Part shown: piece by piece, positions 8,985 to 19,168 of the stretch
Position numbering within the stretch: position 1 is the stretch's first letter
Layout: each line of letters opens with the position of its first letter
Origin: an uncultured delta proteobacterium
Lineage (GTDB): Bacteria; Desulfobacterota; Zymogenia; Zymogenales; Zymogenaceae
Assembly (NCBI GenBank): GCA_963792965.1
Contig: CAWBYW010000007.1
Coordinates: forward strand, 608,001-672,000
Direction: 5' to 3'
DNA length: 64,000 nt
Translations under genes and position numbers: made by a program
Notes under the pieces: model-generated
The model's database searches: none
What the model saw: the letters and a program-made list of their open reading frames with translations, nothing else
Told to the model about the DNA's origin: nothing

Positions 8985-10178
8985 ATGGGAAAAAGAGTAG
9001 CCATCGTCGGTTTCGGCCAGACCTATCAGAGGAGCTCCCGAAAGGACGTCAACGGCGTTGAACTCATTAACGAGGCCGTCACGGCGGCCCTTGCGGACGC
9101 CGGCATCACGATAAAGGATATTGACGCCGTCGTTATCGGCAACATGGACCACTTCGAGGGCATCAACTACGTCGATATGTGGAGCGTGGAAGGCTCCGGC
9201 GGTGTAATGAAGCCCGTGGTCAAGGTCACCACCGGCGGCACGACCGGTACGACCGTCGCCATGTGCGCATACTATCACGTGGCCTCCGGGATGTTCGACA
9301 GGGTGCTTGCCATCGGCTGGGAGAAAAACTCCGAGTCCGACACGACCGGCGCTATCATTACCGCCTTTCACCCGGTATGGGAGCGGCCGAACCTCGGCGG
9401 TGCCATCGCGGGACTCGCGGTGGAGGCAAGTAAGTATATGGACAATTACGGCGTCACAGAAAGAGACGGCGCCCGAATTGCAGCACGCGAGCGGCTGCAC
9501 GCCCTCAACAACCCCTACGCACACCTCCATCAGGAATGGATGAAGGGAATGGACGTGGATAAGATCGTCGATCTGTTGGTCACCTCCGAGCAGAACCAGA
9601 TGCTGGCCTACCCGCTCAGGATGAGCGACATGTGTCCCCGCACGGACGGGGCGGCGGCCTGCGTCTTTGCGTCGGAGGACGTGGCCGAAAAGCTCGCGCC
9701 CGTCCCGGCGTGGGTGGCCGCCACGGCCAACCGGCACGATTTCGTCTATCTCGGCGATATCGATTGGGATTACAACACGACGTTGATGGACGCGAGCAAG
9801 AAGGTCTTCAAGAAAGCAGGGATCAAAGAGCCTCTCAAGGAGATTGACGTCTGCGAGCTTTACGTTCCCTATTCTTACGGCGGCCTCAAGTGGATGGAGA
9901 ACATCGGGTTTGCCAAACCGGGCGAGGGACCGAAGCTCGTCTGGGACAAGGTGACCGACATGGACGGCGAGCTCCCCGTCAATCCCTCCGGCGGCGTCAT
10001 GAGCTCAAACCCCATCGGCGCCACGGCGCTTATCCGAGTCGGCGAGGCGGCATGGCAGATCATGAGGAAGGCCGGCCCCCGGCAGGTAGCCAAGAACGTG
10101 AACTTCGCCCTGACGACCGGGTTCGGAGGGTGCAGCTGGGCCGATGTCATGCTGTTGTCAAAGAAAAAGCCCTCGTAG
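8985..10178 (+). CDS. SCP2/thiolase-like protein, Ltp3-like putative aldolase subunit
   Basis: GGAGG RBS before ATG 8985; TTGGTTG (no Cys); ELYVPYS; VNPSGGVMSSNPIGA, which recall actinobacterial Ltp3. Confidence 0.85.
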   Translation: MGKRVAIVGFGQTYQRSSRKDVNGVELINEAVTAALADAGITIKDIDAVVIGNMDHFEGINYVDMWSVEGSGGVMKPVVKVTTGGTTGTTVAMCAYYHVASGMFDRVLAIGWEKNSESDTTGAIITAFHPVWERPNLGGAIAGLAVEASKYMDNYGVTERDGARIAARERLHALNNPYAHLHQEWMKGMDVDKIVDLLVTSEQNQMLAYPLRMSDMCPRTDGAAACVFASEDVAEKLAPVPAWVAATANRHDFVYLGDIDWDYNTTLMDASKKVFKKAGIKEPLKEIDVCELYVPYSYGGLKWMENIGFAKPGEGPKLVWDKVTDMDGELPVNPSGGVMSSNPIGATALIRVGEAAWQIMRKAGPRQVAKNVNFALTTGFGGCSWADVMLLSKKKPS

Positions 10179-10287
10179 CGATGTCTCATCGCCGTACCCG
10201 CGTGTCAGGCTGAGTACGGCATGACGACGCGCGGTACCGATGGGAAGAAATCGAGCATTCGCACCACGACAATAAAAGGAAAGAGAA

Positions 10288-10761
10288 ATGACCGAAAAAA
10301 AGGAAGAGAAGGAGCTGTTGGCAATATCGTCAGGGGACGCCGCCCAGCCCTTTAAGTGGAGCGTCGGAAAACACGGATCCAAGTTTCTGGCGGAATTGCG
10401 GGACCACAAGAAACTCTTCGGCATCAAGTGTCCGAAGTGCGGCCGTGTCTACGTCCCGCCGCGCCTGGTCTGCGGCAGGTGCCACGCGGCCATGGACGAG
10501 TTCGTCCCCGTCTCCGATGAAGGAAAAATCACCGTGTGCACGATCATCCAGTTCTCGTTCGTCGACCCCAATACCGGCATCCAGCGCCCGGTTCCCTACG
10601 GGTACGCCTTCATAACGCTTGACGGCGCCGACACCGCCATACCCCACTTTCTCGACAGCACCGACCCCGCAAAAGTCAAGGTCGGGGCCCGGGTCAAGGC
10701 GGTCTTCGAGGAAAACCGGACGGGAAGCCTCATGGACATCAAGCATTTTTCGGTGCTTTAA
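10288..10761 (+). CDS. DUF35 Zn-ribbon/OB-fold protein
   Basis: CPKCGRVYVPPRLVCGRC, ITLDGAD; paralog of 7328-7786. Confidence 0.9.
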   Translation: MTEKKEEKELLAISSGDAAQPFKWSVGKHGSKFLAELRDHKKLFGIKCPKCGRVYVPPRLVCGRCHAAMDEFVPVSDEGKITVCTIIQFSFVDPNTGIQRPVPYGYAFITLDGADTAIPHFLDSTDPAKVKVGARVKAVFEENRTGSLMDIKHFSVL

Positions 10762-10773
10762 GACGAGTCGTTT

Positions 10774-10802
10774 GCGGCCGTCTTTGCGACGAAGACGGCC
10801 GC
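10774..10802. other. Intercistronic stem-loop
   Basis: GCGGCCGTCTT-N7-AAGACGGCCGC perfect 11-bp stem. Confidence 0.5.
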
Positions 10803-10854
10803 CCCCGTTTCCTCGTTATATTTTCATGCCCCCTATCTATAAAGGGAAAATACC

Positions 10855-12523
10855 ATGGATGAGCGCCTTTGGCATCGTGCGTACGTACCCGAGGTGCCGC
10901 GAGAGGTCGCGCTCGACGACATTACCATCCCCGAGATCCTCGCCCGCACCGCAAAGAAATTCCCGGATCGAATCGCCCTCATCTACTTAGGGAGGAAAAT
11001 CACCTATCGAGAAATAGACCAACTCGCGAATCGATTCGCGCGTGTGCTTATCTCCCTCGGTCTTACGTCGGGGGACCGGATCGCGCTGCTATTGCCCAAT
11101 ATTCCCCAGATTGTCATCGCCTACTTCGGGGCGTGGCGCGCCCACCTCACCCCGGTCCCTATCAACCCGCTCTATACGGACCGCGAGATCGAGCACCAGC
11201 TCAACACGTCGGGCGCAACGGCGCTGGTAAGCCTTGACCTTCTGGTCGGCCGGATGCTCGCCCTGAAACCGAGGACGAGCGTGAAAACCGTCATTACCGC
11301 CCACATCAAGGACTACCTCCCCTTTCCGGCAAAGCAGCTGTTCCCCTTCGTCAAGAAGGGGATGTCGGTGAAATACGAGCCCGCGCCCGACTACTACGAC
11401 TTTTTGGACCTGATGAAAAGTGGCTCCGACGCGCCCGTGGGTCCCCCGCCGACGCTCGATGACCTCGCCCTCATCCCCTACTCCGGCGGAACGACAGGGG
11501 TCGCCAAGGGGGTGGCCCTGACCCACCGCAACGTCTCGGCCATCACCCAGATCGCCCAGGCCTGGTTTTACGATATCAAGGACAAGCCCGAGAGTGAGCT
11601 GGCGATCTTCCCGTTTTTCCACATGGCGGGCTTCACCGCCGTCATGAACCTCTGCGTCATCAACGGATGGACGGCGATCCTCGTGCCGCGCCCCGAGCCC
11701 AAGACGGTCATGGATATGACCCTCAAATACCGACCGTCCATATTCCTTGCGGTCCCGACAATTTACGTGGGTGTTATGGCCCTGCCCGAGTTCGCGGATT
11801 CCGACCTCTCGTTTATCAAGGGGTTTTTCTCGGGGGCGGCTCCCCTCCCCGTCGATACGATCAACACCCTCAGGCAGGCCACCGGCGCCCTCATCGTTGA
11901 GGGCTACGGCATGACCGAATCGACGACGTTCATCTCCGTCACCCCGTGGGGGGAAGCTGAAGCCGGGGAGCGTCGGGGTGCCCCTGCCCGGCGTGGATGT
12001 GAAAATCGTGGACGTCGATACCGGCACAAAAGAGGCCCCCGTCGGCCGGGAGGGAGAGATCATCTTTCGCGGCCCAAACATGTGTCAGGGTTACTACAAC
12101 ATGCCCGAGGAGACAAAGAACAACATCAGGGACGGCTGGTTTTACACCGGGGATATCGGGATGTTTGACGATGACGGCTACCTCTATATCGTTGACCGCA
12201 AGAAAGACATGATTATCGCCGGCGGCTATAACATCTTTCCGCGGGAGATCGACGAGGTTCTCTTCGATCATCCCCAAGTATTGGAGGCCTGTACCATCGG
12301 GGTACCTCACGACTATCGCGGAGAGACGGTCAAATCGTTCATCGTGGCAAGACCGGGCCAGACGCTCTCACACGAAGAGCTCGACGCCTATTGCCGCGAG
12401 CGCCTTTCCCCCTACAAGGTGCCTAAGATTTACGAATTTGTGGAATCGCTGCCTAAATCTGCCATCGGAAAAATACTGAAGCGAGAGCTCAGAGATGCCG
12501 AATTGAACAAGGTAAAGAAATAG
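10855..12523 (+). CDS. Acyl-CoA ligase, frameshifted in the G6 run at 11948-11953
   Basis: YSGGTTGVAKG and YGMTE in ORF 10855-12168; continues KLKPGSVGVPLPG...YTGD...DRKKD...IGKILK in ORF 11978-12523. Confidence 0.85.
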
Positions 12524-12544
12524 CCTATTTATAAGGAAGGTACC

Positions 12545-13003
12545 ATGGAAAAAGTGTTCTTTGAAGACTACGAAGTTGGTGAGCTCCTCGTCTCACCGGG
12601 ACGGACCATCACCGAGACCGACATCATCCTCTTCGCCGGGCTCACCGGTGACTGGCACCCGATCCACACCAACGTCGAATATGCCAAGAAGACGATGTTC
12701 GGCGAGCGGATCGCGCACGGCATGCTGGGCCTTTCGGTGGGATCGGCCCTCATTTTTCGCCTCGGGCCCTATGTCTTTACGCCAAAGAAATTCATCGCCT
12801 TCTACGGCATAGACAAAGTCCGGTTTACCGGCCCCATCAAGATCGGGGATACCATCCGCTGCGAGGCGAAGGTTGCCGAGATGAAGGAGCGGGATGAAAA
12901 CACCGGCACCATAGCCTATGAGGCGGCCATCAAGAACCAGCGCGACGAGGATTGTGTCGTCTTCACCCCCAAGATTCTCGTCGGGAGAAAAAAGAAGGAG
13001 TGA
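12545..13003 (+). CDS. MaoC-like (R)-enoyl-CoA hydratase/dehydratase
   Basis: FAGLTGDWHPIH and RIAHG hydratase-2 motifs. Confidence 0.88.
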   Translation: MEKVFFEDYEVGELLVSPGRTITETDIILFAGLTGDWHPIHTNVEYAKKTMFGERIAHGMLGLSVGSALIFRLGPYVFTPKKFIAFYGIDKVRFTGPIKIGDTIRCEAKVAEMKERDENTGTIAYEAAIKNQRDEDCVVFTPKILVGRKKKE

Positions 13004-13006
13004 CCC

Positions 13007-14164
13007 ATGGATTTCGAACTGACCAGTGAACAGAAGATGCTCAAGGAGACCGTCGCGAAATTCGTCGACAAGCAGGTCATTCCCGGCGCCCCCGAGATCG
13101 ATCAGGACGGCACGTTTCCCGAGGCGAACTTTCGGGCCATGGCCGAGCTTGGGCTTTTCGGGATATCGATCCCTCCCGAATACGGCGGCATCGGCGCCGA
13201 CCTTACATCGTGTGTGCTGGTGATGGAACAGCTCAGCCGCGGCTGCGCCTCCACCGCCAATACCTACGGCTCCCACGCCATCCTCTGCACCGAAAACATC
13301 TACCGCAACGGAAACGAGGCGCAGCGGAAGAAGTATCTGCCCGACCTGATCGCGGGAAAGAAGATCGGCTTTATCGCCATCACCGAGCCCGAGGCGGGAT
13401 CCGACGCCCTGTCGATGCGTACCCGGGCCGTCAAAAAGGGAGATAAGTACATTCTCAACGGCACCAAGATGTTCATCACCAACGGACCCGTGGCTGACGT
13501 CGGCGTCGTCTACGCCAAGACCGACCCGGACGCCGGCCATAAGGGGATATCGGCCTTCATAGTCCAGAAGGAGTTCAAGGGATTTTCCCGGGGAAAGAGC
13601 CTCAAGAAGATGGGAGTGCGCGGCTCACCAACGGGCGAATTGATCTTCGAGGACATGGAGGTGCCCGAGGAGAACCTGCTGGGCGCCCACAACGAGGGGA
13701 TCAAGGTCCTCATGAACGGTCTTGACCGGGAGCGGATTATCTATTCCATCACCCCCGTCGGCGTCGCACAGGGGGCATTCGATGTCGCGTTCAGATACGC
13801 ATCCCAGCGTGTCCAGTTCGGGACGGCCATCATCAATTTCCAGATGATCCAGGAGATGCTGGCGGAAATGGCCACGGATCTGGTCGCGGGCCGCACGGTA
13901 TCCTACTGGGCGGCGACGCTGGCCGATCAGGGGAAGCGGGTGCGGCTTGAGGCGTCCTATGCCAAGCTGTTGGGCTCCCAGGTCGGGATGAGGGTCGTTG
14001 ACAAGGCCGTCCAGATCCTCGGCGGCTACGGATTCATCAGCGAATTCCCGGTGGAGCGCATGTACCGGGACATGAAAGGGATCGAGTTCGGCGCAGGTAC
14101 CACCCAGATTCAGAAGCTTATCATCGCCCGCGAACTGATGAAAGGTATGGGCTCCGGGACATAA
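13007..14164 (+). CDS. Acyl-CoA dehydrogenase, isovaleryl-CoA dehydrogenase type
   Basis: ITEPEAGSD, NGTKMFITNG; LDRER (IVD-type catalytic Glu) and FGAGT instead of YEGT. Confidence 0.9.
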   Translation: MDFELTSEQKMLKETVAKFVDKQVIPGAPEIDQDGTFPEANFRAMAELGLFGISIPPEYGGIGADLTSCVLVMEQLSRGCASTANTYGSHAILCTENIYRNGNEAQRKKYLPDLIAGKKIGFIAITEPEAGSDALSMRTRAVKKGDKYILNGTKMFITNGPVADVGVVYAKTDPDAGHKGISAFIVQKEFKGFSRGKSLKKMGVRGSPTGELIFEDMEVPEENLLGAHNEGIKVLMNGLDRERIIYSITPVGVAQGAFDVAFRYASQRVQFGTAIINFQMIQEMLAEMATDLVAGRTVSYWAATLADQGKRVRLEASYAKLLGSQVGMRVVDKAVQILGGYGFISEFPVERMYRDMKGIEFGAGTTQIQKLIIARELMKGMGSGT

Positions 14165-14188
14165 CAGGAAGAGCGAACGGTGGCTTTC

Positions 14189-14215
14189 AAGGGGGACGTA
14201 CAGTCCCCTTTTTTT
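14189..14215 (+). terminator. Intrinsic terminator of the catabolic operon
   Basis: AAGGGGGAC-GTACA-GTCCCC followed by T7. Confidence 0.7.
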
Positions 14216-14533
14216 GTCTCCAATGGTGCACAGATGGGGGAAACCTCACCGTTTTCGCTCGCGCGCATCGGGAACGAGTCCTTCGACACAGCCCTTGACC
14301 GAACCAGACCACTGGCGGAAGAGTCGGCGCCTCGGCGTATCCGATCGATCGCACACGGCGTCTTGGCCGCCCTATTTTATTATTTGACTCCCGATCTATC
14401 TGTGATATAAGAAAAAATGACCGTCCGGGCGGTCTTGAGCATTTGTCGGCCGACTGACACGATCCACGCCGCCGGGCGGGCTGAAAATAGCTCACGGCTT
14501 TTTCTTACGCTCTTCATGACGGGAAGGAATTGC

Positions 14534-15061
14534 ATGGGATACTACATCACGATCGCGGGGCTCATTCTTTTCATCCTCGGAATCGTCACCTTTATAAAGA
14601 TGTCGAGTCTGACCCTCATGTTCTACGTCTACACCTTCTTGGGCCTGGCGTTTGCTATCTGGGGGCTTACCACCCTCAAAAAGGCTCGACGAGAGGCAAT
14701 CAGAGACGTTGCGAAGGCAAGGGTCGACCGGATGGCGACCGCCCGCAGCATCCCAACAAAGAAATGCCCGGCATGTGGAGGCGCTATTGAGGTCTCGTCG
14801 AGACTCTGTCCGCTCTGCGGCCATGCGTTTCAGGTGACCTATACCCTGACGGTCTTTACCCCATTCGACGTAAGTAAACGAGAAGGATTGATCAAATACC
14901 TTATGACACGGATGAAGAAGACCTACGAGGAGATAGCCATCCAGCTCGAAAAGGGAATGGTCTTCAGGTATTCCAACAAGGAGGATTCGGAAAAAAACAG
15001 GAAGAGCTTTGAAAACCTCGGCTGTAAGGTGAAAGAGGGAGAGATCGTCTCAAATACATGA
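14534..15061 (+). CDS. Membrane protein with zinc ribbon and L7/L12-CTD-like C-terminus
   Basis: Two TM helices, CPAC...CPLC, tail KEDSEKNRKSFENLGCKV. Confidence 0.65.
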   Translation: MGYYITIAGLILFILGIVTFIKMSSLTLMFYVYTFLGLAFAIWGLTTLKKARREAIRDVAKARVDRMATARSIPTKKCPACGGAIEVSSRLCPLCGHAFQVTYTLTVFTPFDVSKREGLIKYLMTRMKKTYEEIAIQLEKGMVFRYSNKEDSEKNRKSFENLGCKVKEGEIVSNT

Positions 15062-15202
15062 CGAGTCCCGCCTCGCCTTGTTGCATAATCACCTTTACGC
15101 GGGTGCCTATTCTCGCAGAGGATAGCGGGCAGCCCGATCGCGTCATATAGTCGGTCAGACTATTCTTCTATTATCCCCTCTCGATATCATAAGGAGCATC
15201 AT

Positions 15203-16144
15203 ATGGAGGCAAAAGACGTGAAAAAGGCCCTGGTCGTCGGAGCCGGCGCAATGGGACACGCCATCGCCCAGGTCTTTGCGACGGCAGGTATCGACGTGAG
15301 CCTTGTCGATCTGGCTGACGACATTCTCGATCACGCGATGAAGCTGATCGGATACAACCTCAAAACCCTCGCCGATTTCGGCCGGGTCAATCCGGCCGCT
15401 ATACCCGCCATCCTTAAGCGCATTCACCCTTCCATCGACCTGAAGGCCGCAGCTCAAAACGTCGACTTTGCCATTGAAGCGGTGTTTGAGGTGCCGGAGG
15501 CGAAGAAGAAGATCTTTTCGGACCTCGAGGCCTATCTCCCGCCTCACGCCGTGATCGCCAGCAACACCTCGGGGCTGGAGATCTTCAACATTATCGAGCC
15601 GAAAGATCCGTCGCGCATAGTCATCGACCACTGGTGCGCCCCGGCGTATATCATTCCCCTGGTCGAGGTGGTTCCCGGGCCGCAGACCGCCCCCGAGGTC
15701 GTTTCCTTCACCGTCTCGCTCATGGAGCGGGTCGGTAAGCGCCCGGTGGCCATGCGCCAGTTCGTTCGGTCGTTCATACTAAACCGAATCCAGGGTTACA
15801 TCTTCATGGCCGTCATGGAGATGCTCGACAAGGGGTGGGCGACGCCGGAGGAGATCGACTATGCGATCAAGATGAGCCTCGGCGTGCGTTTGCCGGTGGT
15901 CGGGGTGGTGCAGACGTACGACTTCACGGGGCTGGACATTGTGGCGGATATGATCAAGAGCTACGGCATGAGCTACCCGATTATCGAGAACAAGGCCAAG
16001 GAGGGAAACCTCGGCGTGAAGACCGGTAAGGGGCTCTTCGACTACAACGGACGAAGCGAGGAGGAGGTGCTCAGGAAGCGGGATGAGCTGATTATCAAGC
16101 TCTGCGATTTCGTCGAGGAGCTCAACGGCTTCAGGCCGGTTTAA
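15203..16144 (+). CDS. 3-hydroxyacyl-CoA dehydrogenase family
   Basis: GAGAMG, EAVFE, ASNTS, H..P...PLVEV, FILNR, DFTGLD. Confidence 0.9.
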   Translation: MEAKDVKKALVVGAGAMGHAIAQVFATAGIDVSLVDLADDILDHAMKLIGYNLKTLADFGRVNPAAIPAILKRIHPSIDLKAAAQNVDFAIEAVFEVPEAKKKIFSDLEAYLPPHAVIASNTSGLEIFNIIEPKDPSRIVIDHWCAPAYIIPLVEVVPGPQTAPEVVSFTVSLMERVGKRPVAMRQFVRSFILNRIQGYIFMAVMEMLDKGWATPEEIDYAIKMSLGVRLPVVGVVQTYDFTGLDIVADMIKSYGMSYPIIENKAKEGNLGVKTGKGLFDYNGRSEEEVLRKRDELIIKLCDFVEELNGFRPV

Positions 16145-16164
16145 GTTCTGGCGGCAGGTCTCGT

Positions 16165-17074
16165 TTAATTGAGGAGATAGTTGCCGGGATCCACGGGAAC
16201 GCCGTTGATCCTGACTTCGTAGTGCAGGTGGGCGCCAATGGAGCGGCCGGTGCTGCCGACGAGCCCGATTTTCTGCCCCCTCTTGACCCGGTCACCGTCG
16301 TGGACGAGGATCACCGACAGGTGGGCGTAATTGGTCGTGATGCCGTAGCCGTGGTCAACGGTGATCACGTTGCCATAGCCGGACTCGACGCCGGCGAAGA
16401 TGACCGCACCGTCGGCCGTGGCATGGACAGGGGTGCCCAGGCTATTGGCGATATCGTACCCCTCATGCATCTTGATCGTCCGGTTGATGGGGTCCCGCCG
16501 GAAGCCGAAGCTTGAGCATAAGAACCCCTTGATCGGCCATATGGAGGGAGTGCAGTCCAGCAAGTAACTCTGGTTCTCAAGGAAGATGAGGAGCTGCTGG
16601 AGGCTTTCCTCACGGTGGCGTGATTCCTCCTCGAACTTCAGCATTCCCGTCATCAACTCGCCGGAGCCGATGTCGCCCTCGCCGTTCTTCCTCGTCAATT
16701 CGTCGTTGTCCCCTTTAGAGGTCCCGCCGATGCCGAAGAGCTCCGTCCCGCCCCCACTCGTGCCGATGTTGAGCATGGTGCAAATAGTCTCATTTGTGGT
16801 CTGCATCTTATCGAGTTTGGCGCTCAGCTCTTTGAACTGCTTGTGGAAGAGCTTGAGCTGGTCATTCTGCATCCGGTTTTCTTCCTTGAGGGAAGAAGAG
16901 CTCAAGCATCTCCAGGCGGATGTTAAGATAGTTGTAAAGCATGGAAACGGAAGCCACGAGCACCGCAAAGGCGAAAACTGCCGCGGCATACAGGACGATG
17001 TTGGATATCTTGTGTCTGGAAAGCTTGTCGGCCTTATCGTGGATGATGAGAATCGAATAATAGCTCTTTTTCAT
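16165..17074 (-). CDS. M23 family metallopeptidase, frameshifted near 16897
   Basis: N-terminus MKKSYYSILI plus TM in one frame; coiled coil, HEGYD, YAHL and HLHYE in another; removing one base gives ELSSLKEEN. Confidence 0.82.
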
Positions 17075-17302
17075 TATTGAAAGACACACATGGTAAAGAA
17101 TGCGTCCGAAAAACACAATATACGGACCAAGTGCGAGACATATATCACAAATAGTACAATAATGTCAAATATTTTCACTCTTTTTTACCAAAAATATGAG
17201 AAAAATTCCAGAATTTCCTCGTCCCTCGGCCCGTCCCGGCGGCCGTTTTGCCCTCTTTCCGGTCCCTGGAGGGGAAAAAATGAGGATGCATCCCCCATAT
17301 GA

Positions 17303-18742
17303 TTACCCCTTTATTACCCCGATCGGCCGCGTCCGGGCGACTTTTCTTGAAAGTCCCGCCCCATGCACCACCTCTACCACTCGATCCACGTCCTTATAGG
17401 CGTCGGGCATTTCTTCGGCCAGCGAATCCTTGCCCCCCGCCATGACGAAGATCCCTTTTTGCATCAGCTCTTTTCCGATCGACCTCCCCTTGGCCGCTTT
17501 GATCGCCGCGTGCCGCGAGAGGACCCGCCCGGCACCATGACAGGTGCTTCCGAAGGTCTCCTTTATCGCCCCTTCAGTTCCCACCAGGATGTACGAGTGG
17601 GTCCCCATGTCCCCCGGGATGAGGATGGGTTGGCCGACGGAGCGGTACACCTCCGGCACGAGCGGATGTCCTGCGGGGAGGGCTCGCGTGGCGCCCTTGC
17701 GGTGGACGCAGACCTCTTTTACCTCTCCGTCTATCTCGTGCTTTTCGATCTTGGCGATGTTATGACACACGTCGTATACGAGGTTCATTTTGAGCCTTGT
17801 GGGCGACGCCTCGAAGACCCTCATGAATACTTCCCGCGTCCAGTGGAGGATGATTTGCCGGTTGGCCCAGGCGTAATTGGCCGCGCACGCCATGGCGTTG
17901 AAGTACTCCCTCCCCTCCCTCGATCTGAGGGGGGCGCAGGCGAGCTGTCGGTCGGGGATGTCGATTCCCTCGCGCACAACGACCTTCCCAAGAATCTTAA
18001 GGAAATCGTCACATATCTGGTAGCCAAGCCCACGTGACCCGGTATGGATGAAGGCAACCACTCCGCCCTCGAAGAGCCCGAAGAGGGAGGCCGCCCCCTC
18101 ATCAAAGACCTCTTCCACCACGGCGACCTCGAGAAAATGGTTGCCGCTGCCGAGCGTCCCGAGCTGCTCCTTTCCTCTGGTCATCGCGCGCTCCGAGACC
18201 GTTTCCGGGTCGGCGTTCTGCATCCGGCCGTAGTCTTCGGTACGCATCAGGTCTTCCTCTGTCCCCATCCCGCGCTCCACGGCCCACCGGGCGCCCTTCA
18301 GGAGCACCTCTTTCTCCTCCTTCCGGTTTGTCTTGATCTTACCGGTGGAGCCGACCCCCGACGGTATTGAAAAGTAGAGGGCCGTGATAAGCTCTTCGAT
18401 CTTCGGCTTAACCTGGTCCAGAGTCAACTCCGTGCGCACGAGCCGGCACCCACAGTTAATGTCGTAGCCGACGCCCCCGGGTGATATAATCCCCTCATCG
18501 ATGTCGAAGGCGGCGACCCCTCCGATGGGGAACCCGTAGCCCCAGTGCATATCCGGCATGGCAAGTGAATTTTTTATGATTCCCGGAAGCGTCGCCACAT
18601 TGGCAACCTGCGTCGGCCCCTGGTCGCGCTGGATGTCCTCAAGCATCACCTCATCGGTGAAAATCAGGCCGGGGACCCGCATCTTGCCGCTCTTCGGCAG
18701 CTCCCATCGATAGTCGTCTATCTTTCTCAATCGGCTCGTCAC
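17303..18742 (-). CDS. rtcB: RtcB RNA ligase (archaeal-type)
   Basis: PDMHWGYGFPIG, GYDINCG, GSGNHF, HTGSRG, HN, HRKGAT, CHGAGR, PDAYKD. Confidence 0.96.
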   Translation of the reverse strand: MTSRLRKIDDYRWELPKSGKMRVPGLIFTDEVMLEDIQRDQGPTQVANVATLPGIIKNSLAMPDMHWGYGFPIGGVAAFDIDEGIISPGGVGYDINCGCRLVRTELTLDQVKPKIEELITALYFSIPSGVGSTGKIKTNRKEEKEVLLKGARWAVERGMGTEEDLMRTEDYGRMQNADPETVSERAMTRGKEQLGTLGSGNHFLEVAVVEEVFDEGAASLFGLFEGGVVAFIHTGSRGLGYQICDDFLKILGKVVVREGIDIPDRQLACAPLRSREGREYFNAMACAANYAWANRQIILHWTREVFMRVFEASPTRLKMNLVYDVCHNIAKIEKHEIDGEVKEVCVHRKGATRALPAGHPLVPEVYRSVGQPILIPGDMGTHSYILVGTEGAIKETFGSTCHGAGRVLSRHAAIKAAKGRSIGKELMQKGIFVMAGGKDSLAEEMPDAYKDVDRVVEVVHGAGLSRKVARTRPIGVIKG

Positions 18743-18751
18743 TATTATCTC

Positions 18752-19168
18752 CTACACGTCGAAGAGCACCGATACGGAATATTTCCCGTTTCTCTGGGTA
18801 ATCGAGACCCCGTAATAGGTTACCGCCTTGACGTCAAACCTGACTCTATGAAGATCCGAACGAAAGCGCTCACCGCCGCATCTGGCGTGTAGTTCTGTTT
18901 CGGAAAAGTTCAGGATCTCAAAGTGAGACAGAACCATTCGCTCACCTGAGAATACGTAGAGTAGCTCCCTGAGCCAGTCGACGAGGAGCTCTTCCTTATT
19001 GTCTCCCGACGCCCGAACCTCAACGTGCCGCCTGACACTGACGGAGTTCACCCCCACAATGACGTCGAAAAGGGCAACCGCTGACTCGGAGAAGAGCTCC
19101 ACGAGGCTGTCGCCTCTGACCTCGATCATGAGGTCCGCGGTATGATCCAGAAATCGATACGGCGGCAT
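18752..19168 (-). CDS. Archease (RtcB cofactor)
   Basis: FLDHTAD, ELLVDWLRELLY, DVKAVTY, C-terminal FDV. Confidence 0.93.
   Translation of the reverse strand: MPPYRFLDHTADLMIEVRGDSLVELFSESAVALFDVIVGVNSVSVRRHVEVRASGDNKEELLVDWLRELLYVFSGERMVLSHFEILNFSETELHARCGGERFRSDLHRVRFDVKAVTYYGVSITQRNGKYSVSVLFDV

Noticed and set aside
7816-10178. Classical beta-ketothiolases or a BbsAB/PhlABC system
   Set aside because: Both proteins lack the nucleophilic Cys, and there are no bbs/bss or HMG-CoA-synthase-like genes
11948-11953. Programmed frameshift or phase variation in the G6 run of the second CoA ligase
   Set aside because: The run is short, and many similar one-base shifts across the window point to assembly error
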